A stretch of 64,000 nucleotides of DNA from NCBI GenBank assembly GCA_964510885.1, contig CAZEDL010000003.1, positions 31,686 through 95,685 on the forward strand, written 5' to 3'. The stretch's first letter is position 1; every line of letters starts with the position of its first letter. The translations under genes were made by a program, and so were the position numbers. This DNA is from an uncultured Gammaproteobacteria bacterium. GTDB taxonomy: Bacteria > Patescibacteriota > Patescibacteriia > Magasanikbacterales > GWA2-37-8. Shown here piece by piece: positions 60,065 to 64,000 of this stretch. The notes under the pieces were generated by a model, which worked only from the letters and a program-made list of their open reading frames with translations, made no database searches and had not been told where the DNA came from.

Positions 60065-61222
60065 ATGCGAATTATTTTTATCGCCTATAAATTGAATTTT
60101 GGAGGAGGGGGTGGTTCTACTATCGAAATGGATTCTAAGGCTAGGGCATTATTGTCTGCGGGTCATTCGGTGTCTGTCGTGACGCTCGCGTCGCAGTATA
60201 ACTTCTTGGCTGGGGAACGGCCATATCAAGTCTATGAAGAACATCTTGTCGCGACTGATTTTTTTTCTTTACAGCGCGGGGCGGTAAGGGTGCTGCGTGC
60301 TTATGAGGCAAAGGCCGATATATTCCATTTAGAAGGCCATTTTGGCTATGGTGGAGGATGGTATCGAATGACTGGTGGTAGAGCAAAAACGGTCGTCCAT
60401 TTTAATCGTGAACTTTCTTCGTTTCCTGAGTATACGCGAGCCGCATATCGCCCGCGGCTACCAAGCCCGAAGCATTTGGTGAGGTTTTATGCTGAGCGAA
60501 TATTCGGAGTGCCGCTAATAAATAAAAACAACAGGCTTACATTTACTTCGCCACTGTTGGCTGATGCGTTTGCTCGGTTTGGTTTAAGGCGGTCACTTAT
60601 GACGGTGGCGCCTGATTTTCCAAGCTCTTCAGAGGTGGTCCCGGGAGAGGAAGATCAGCAGCGAATTTTGTCGCTGCGACGCGAAAGCAGGTCTCCACTG
60701 ACACTTTTGTCCGGAGGTCGAATGGTAAAGGAAAAAGGGTTTGATGTTATTTTAGCAGCGGTAGCACGGTTGCCGGCTACATGCCCATATTTTTTACATC
60801 TCACTGGTGACGGGCCCGAACGGGAAGCCTTGCAAGATCAGGCAGTGCGACTTGGTATTTCCGAACGAGTAAAATTTTTGGGTTGGTTGACAAAGGAACA
60901 GTTGCGCGAGGAATATCAGCGTGCTGATTTATTCATAGTTCCGCGGTGGCGGCCTGAGTTGACGTCGATGCTAGTTCTCGAAGCGGCAGCTTATGGGTTG
61001 CCACAAATAGTGACAGCCAATTCAGCTATCGCCTGGCAAGCTGGTGATCAAGTGTTAGTATTTGACGATGAGGATTCTGAGGCTCTAGCAAGGCAAATTT
61101 TACGTTACGCATTGGACAGCGAGAGTCGTGTCGGCGCTGTTCGGTCGGGGTTTAAACGATTGTCTGAATTAAGCGCTGCCGAAAGTCTGAAAGTGCTTAA
61201 TGAAGTTTTTTTAAAGGCGTAA
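60065..61222 (+). CDS. GT4 glycosyltransferase (opposite orientation to neighbours)
   Basis: GGGS, GRMVKEKG, GDGPE, PELTSMLVLEAA. Confidence 0.85.
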   Translation: MRIIFIAYKLNFGGGGGSTIEMDSKARALLSAGHSVSVVTLASQYNFLAGERPYQVYEEHLVATDFFSLQRGAVRVLRAYEAKADIFHLEGHFGYGGGWYRMTGGRAKTVVHFNRELSSFPEYTRAAYRPRLPSPKHLVRFYAERIFGVPLINKNNRLTFTSPLLADAFARFGLRRSLMTVAPDFPSSSEVVPGEEDQQRILSLRRESRSPLTLLSGGRMVKEKGFDVILAAVARLPATCPYFLHLTGDGPEREALQDQAVRLGISERVKFLGWLTKEQLREEYQRADLFIVPRWRPELTSMLVLEAAAYGLPQIVTANSAIAWQAGDQVLVFDDEDSEALARQILRYALDSESRVGAVRSGFKRLSELSAAESLKVLNEVFLKA

Positions 61223-61259
61223 CGCAGCTCTGAGCTAGGCGAATTTTTTTTCTTTAACT

Positions 61260-62318
61260 TTATATTTTCGTCCAGATTTTCTTGGCCGCCGATTGTTTTA
61301 TTGCTTCAATAATTTTTTGTGTACGTAGGCCTTCACGAATAGTGGGTAACGATGAGTTTGGTGTTTGAAGGTTTTTGATAAAAGAAGACGCTAGTTTTGA
61401 AAACGGCTCAAGCCGCCCATCGACTTTGGATTTGTTCAGATTTTTTTGAGCTGCTTGGGTAATATTTTTTGGCTCGCCATCACCGATAGTTTGCCAGAGC
61501 TCAAAGCCTTTTATAAAATCAAACAGGTTTTTATTCTCAAGTTTGAGCGTTCCGTGCTCGCCATAAATTATACAGCGATGACCGTCGCCTCCGTATACTA
61601 CATTTGTCAGGTTTATAGTGCCCGGTGTTTTATCCTTTAAAACACACAAAATTTGGGCGGTGTCTTCAGCTGTTGGCAGTGGTTGGTCGGTGGGGTAGGT
61701 TTTTTTAGTGCGTGAGAGCGAGGCCGACACTTTTCCTATCGGGCCCAGCAGCCATTCAACGTAGTCAAAAATATGCGGCCCGTAGTTTAATACTATGCCG
61801 CCCCCGAATTTTTTATAATTCGACCAAGCGAGAGGGGTATTTGGTTTGGCTCGGCCACCTCCGCAATAAGTGATTTGGAAGCTGCGAATGGCCCCAATTA
61901 CACCGCTGTCAAGAATTTTTTTAGCATGCTCGAATACGGGTACGAAACGCATTTCAAAGTCGATTGCATGAGGTAACTTTTTGGCGGTGATTAGGCGAGC
62001 GAGCTCAACTGCTGTTTTCAGATCGGTAGCGAGCGGTTTTTCGAACAGTATTGGTTTGTTAACACGGGCTGCAAGTTTAATAAGCCGCGCTTGCGTGGAC
62101 GGGGGAACAGCGAGCGAGACTATATCTATATCAGGGTCATTAATCAGGTCTTCGGCGCGTTCAAAAGTGCGGGGAATGTGATATTTTTGGGCACAAGTTA
62201 AGGTTTTGTTGAAGTTTTTTCCAGCAATTCCGTGAACGATTGCGAGGTTGGTTGCAGTGTATCCCGGGTGTTGTATTTTTGCTCCGAAGCCTGTGCCAAT
62301 AATACCGATACGTTTCAT
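61260..62318 (-). CDS. Gfo/Idh/MocA oxidoreductase
   Basis: IGIIGTGFG, D.DID.V....PP, EKP, GGG......H..D. Confidence 0.9.
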   Translation of the reverse strand: MKRIGIIGTGFGAKIQHPGYTATNLAIVHGIAGKNFNKTLTCAQKYHIPRTFERAEDLINDPDIDIVSLAVPPSTQARLIKLAARVNKPILFEKPLATDLKTAVELARLITAKKLPHAIDFEMRFVPVFEHAKKILDSGVIGAIRSFQITYCGGGRAKPNTPLAWSNYKKFGGGIVLNYGPHIFDYVEWLLGPIGKVSASLSRTKKTYPTDQPLPTAEDTAQILCVLKDKTPGTINLTNVVYGGDGHRCIIYGEHGTLKLENKNLFDFIKGFELWQTIGDGEPKNITQAAQKNLNKSKVDGRLEPFSKLASSFIKNLQTPNSSLPTIREGLRTQKIIEAIKQSAAKKIWTKI

Positions 62319-62320
62319 AA

Positions 62321-63565
62321 TTAAGGAGCTATAATTTTTACGTCGGGAAGTGGGCAAATGAATTTCCCACGGAAACCTTTTGCGCGTAGTTTCGTCATTA
62401 GTTCCTGGCCAATATGCCAGGATAGTAGTAGGCCATATTCCGGCTGTTCTGAAAGCAGTATCTCTTCATCAACAATTGGGATGTGGGTGCCGGGCGTGTA
62501 GAGTCCGATTTTCGGCGAGCCATTTTTTTCGAGGGCGTAGTCTATTAATTGATTATCTAGGTGGGCGAATTGAAGCAAGGTGTTGGAGCGACCTGGTGCG
62601 CCGATTCCAAATACACGGGCACCTTCTTGGCGGCACGCAACGATAGTTGCTATCAGGTCTTGTTTGGCCTTGATAAGTTTGCTTGAAAAATTTTCGAATA
62701 TGCGGCCGTCATATATCCCCATGGCTTCTTCGGCCGCCATAATTTTTTTGGCTCTCTCACTCATTACGTACTTGCCTTTTTTAGCATACACGCGGATAGA
62801 ACCGCCAGCTGCTTCGATTCGTTCGGCATCGATGAGCGATAGGCCGACGTTGTTAAGTAATTTTTGTAATGGTTTAAGTGAATAGTAACGCAAGTGTTCA
62901 TGATAAATAGTATCCAGTGCGTTTTTTTCTAGCATGTCGACCAGGTATTGTGATTCAGAAATAAAGAGGCCGCTGTCTTTTAGAAGGTTGGCAATTGCCT
63001 GCGCAAAGGGGAAAACGTTATTAACGTGTGCAAACATATTTGTTGCCGTAACGACATCGGCTTGGCCATTATTGGCGATAATTTTTTCAACAGAGTTCTG
63101 GGTAAAGAATTCTTGTACGGTAGGGATACCATGATCATTGGCGACTTTGGCCACGTTGGTAGGTTCGATGCCCAATACTTTGGCACCGATGTCTTTAAAG
63201 CCAGCGAGCAGGGTCCCATCGTTTGATCCAATATCGACTACGAGTGACTCGCTCGATAGCGGATGCATTTTTTGCACCTCATCTCGTAAATTGCGGAAGT
63301 TGTTAACGAGCATGGTGGTCATGCCTGTAAAATATGGGTATTCCGGATAAAAAATAGTCTTTGGGTCAACAATAAAATTTAGTTGAATAAGACCGCAAGC
63401 CGAACAGCGGCAGAGAGTGAGTGGGTACAGAGTTTCAGGTTGGTGCAAGGAGGTGCTGTTTAGGTGGGCATGCACCGGGGCTTGATGTCCAAGTGAAATT
63501 ATTTCAATAAGCGGCGATTGTCCGCAAAATTGACAGTTGTTGATCGGTCCGTGTTCGATAATCAT
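62321..63565 (-). CDS. NDP-sugar C-methyltransferase (TylCIII/NovU-like)
   Basis: Zn-site CQFC...CSACGLIQL, DIGSNDG, GIEP, N.FAH, DTIYHEH..Y, GGSIR, GAPGR.NTLL, K.G...PGTHIPI. Confidence 0.9.
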   Translation of the reverse strand: MIIEHGPINNCQFCGQSPLIEIISLGHQAPVHAHLNSTSLHQPETLYPLTLCRCSACGLIQLNFIVDPKTIFYPEYPYFTGMTTMLVNNFRNLRDEVQKMHPLSSESLVVDIGSNDGTLLAGFKDIGAKVLGIEPTNVAKVANDHGIPTVQEFFTQNSVEKIIANNGQADVVTATNMFAHVNNVFPFAQAIANLLKDSGLFISESQYLVDMLEKNALDTIYHEHLRYYSLKPLQKLLNNVGLSLIDAERIEAAGGSIRVYAKKGKYVMSERAKKIMAAEEAMGIYDGRIFENFSSKLIKAKQDLIATIVACRQEGARVFGIGAPGRSNTLLQFAHLDNQLIDYALEKNGSPKIGLYTPGTHIPIVDEEILLSEQPEYGLLLSWHIGQELMTKLRAKGFRGKFICPLPDVKIIAP

Positions 63566-63575
63566 AACAAAGTAG

Positions 63576-64000
63576 TTATTTGGTATTGCCGGGATTTTTT
63601 AAATCATGCTCGACCATGATTTTTACCAATTCTTTGAAGGTGGTAGTTGGTTTCCAGCCGAGGAGGCGCTTGGCCTTGCTAGCATCGCCGCACAGGTATT
63701 CAACTTCATTAGGGCGCAGATAGCGGTCGTTGACTTTGAGAATTTTTTTCCAGTCGAGACCAGCGAGGGCAGCGGCTTCCATCAAAAATTCTTTGACCGA
63801 GTGGGTTTCGCCGGTCGCAATCACAAAATCATCGGGTGTTTTTTGCTGCAACATGAGCCACATCGCTTCGACATATTCAGGTGCATAGCCCCAGTCGCGA
63901 CGAGCTTCAATATTGCCAAGTTTAATGAATTTTTCTTTGCCCATCACGATGTCGCGAATGCCAAGTGTTATTTTGCGGGTAACAAAATTCTCCCCGCGGC
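63576..64000 (-). CDS. gmd: GDP-mannose 4,6-dehydratase, C-terminal part (5' end beyond window)
   Basis: RGENFVTRKIT, LGN..A.RDWGYA.EYVEAMWLMLQQ, RPNEV..L.GD.SKA. Confidence 0.95.
   Translation of the reverse strand, partial: RGENFVTRKITLGIRDIVMGKEKFIKLGNIEARRDWGYAPEYVEAMWLMLQQKTPDDFVIATGETHSVKEFLMEAAALAGLDWKKILKVNDRYLRPNEVEYLCGDASKAKRLLGWKPTTTFKELVKIMVEHDLKNPGNTK

Noticed and set aside
1-64000. Alternative genetic code (UGA read as Gly, code 25)
   Set aside because: Genes are full length under code 11 and several end in TGA at sensible positions (2804, 6166, 38298)

Overview
Chromosomal window from a small-genome bacterium using genetic code 11. Gene content (Elp3, ECF sigma plus DUF5667-type partner, giant S/T-rich surface protein, O-antigen-ligase/TPR proteins, very few Shine-Dalgarno motifs) suggests Patescibacteria/CPR (Parcubacteria-like); this is inference. 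1-17.7 kb: housekeeping and accessory genes (pyk end, glyA, thiE, two EamA transporters with one frameshifted, a divergent elp3 / Trm9-like methyltransferase pair, GT4s, a secreted glycoside hydrolase, tRNA-Val, KamA-family radical SAM, amino acid permease, a GC-rich Cys-rich lipoprotein islet, metK, an HTH protein with three palindromic sites). 18.3-29.7 kb: ECF sigma, anti-sigma-like protein, S-layer-like protein and two O-antigen-ligase-like TPR proteins. 29.7-64 kb: a large surface-glycan locus (GT4, GT2, six GT-C, sugar-nucleotide enzymes, methyl-, amido- and carbamoyl-transferases). Best leads: (1) an unannotated 54-aa peptide ending in FIYTLF, matching the DltX/PatA acyl-shuttle tyrosine motif, next to a NodU-type carbamoyltransferase, an SxtJ-like protein and an SGNH protein, suggesting an MBOAT-free carbamoyl relay; (2) an Elp3 + Trm9-like pair suggesting eukaryote/archaea-type mcm5U34 tRNA modification in a bacterium; (3) a structured metK leader that may be an undescribed SAM riboswitch. 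All calls come from reading motifs by eye; no database searches were run.
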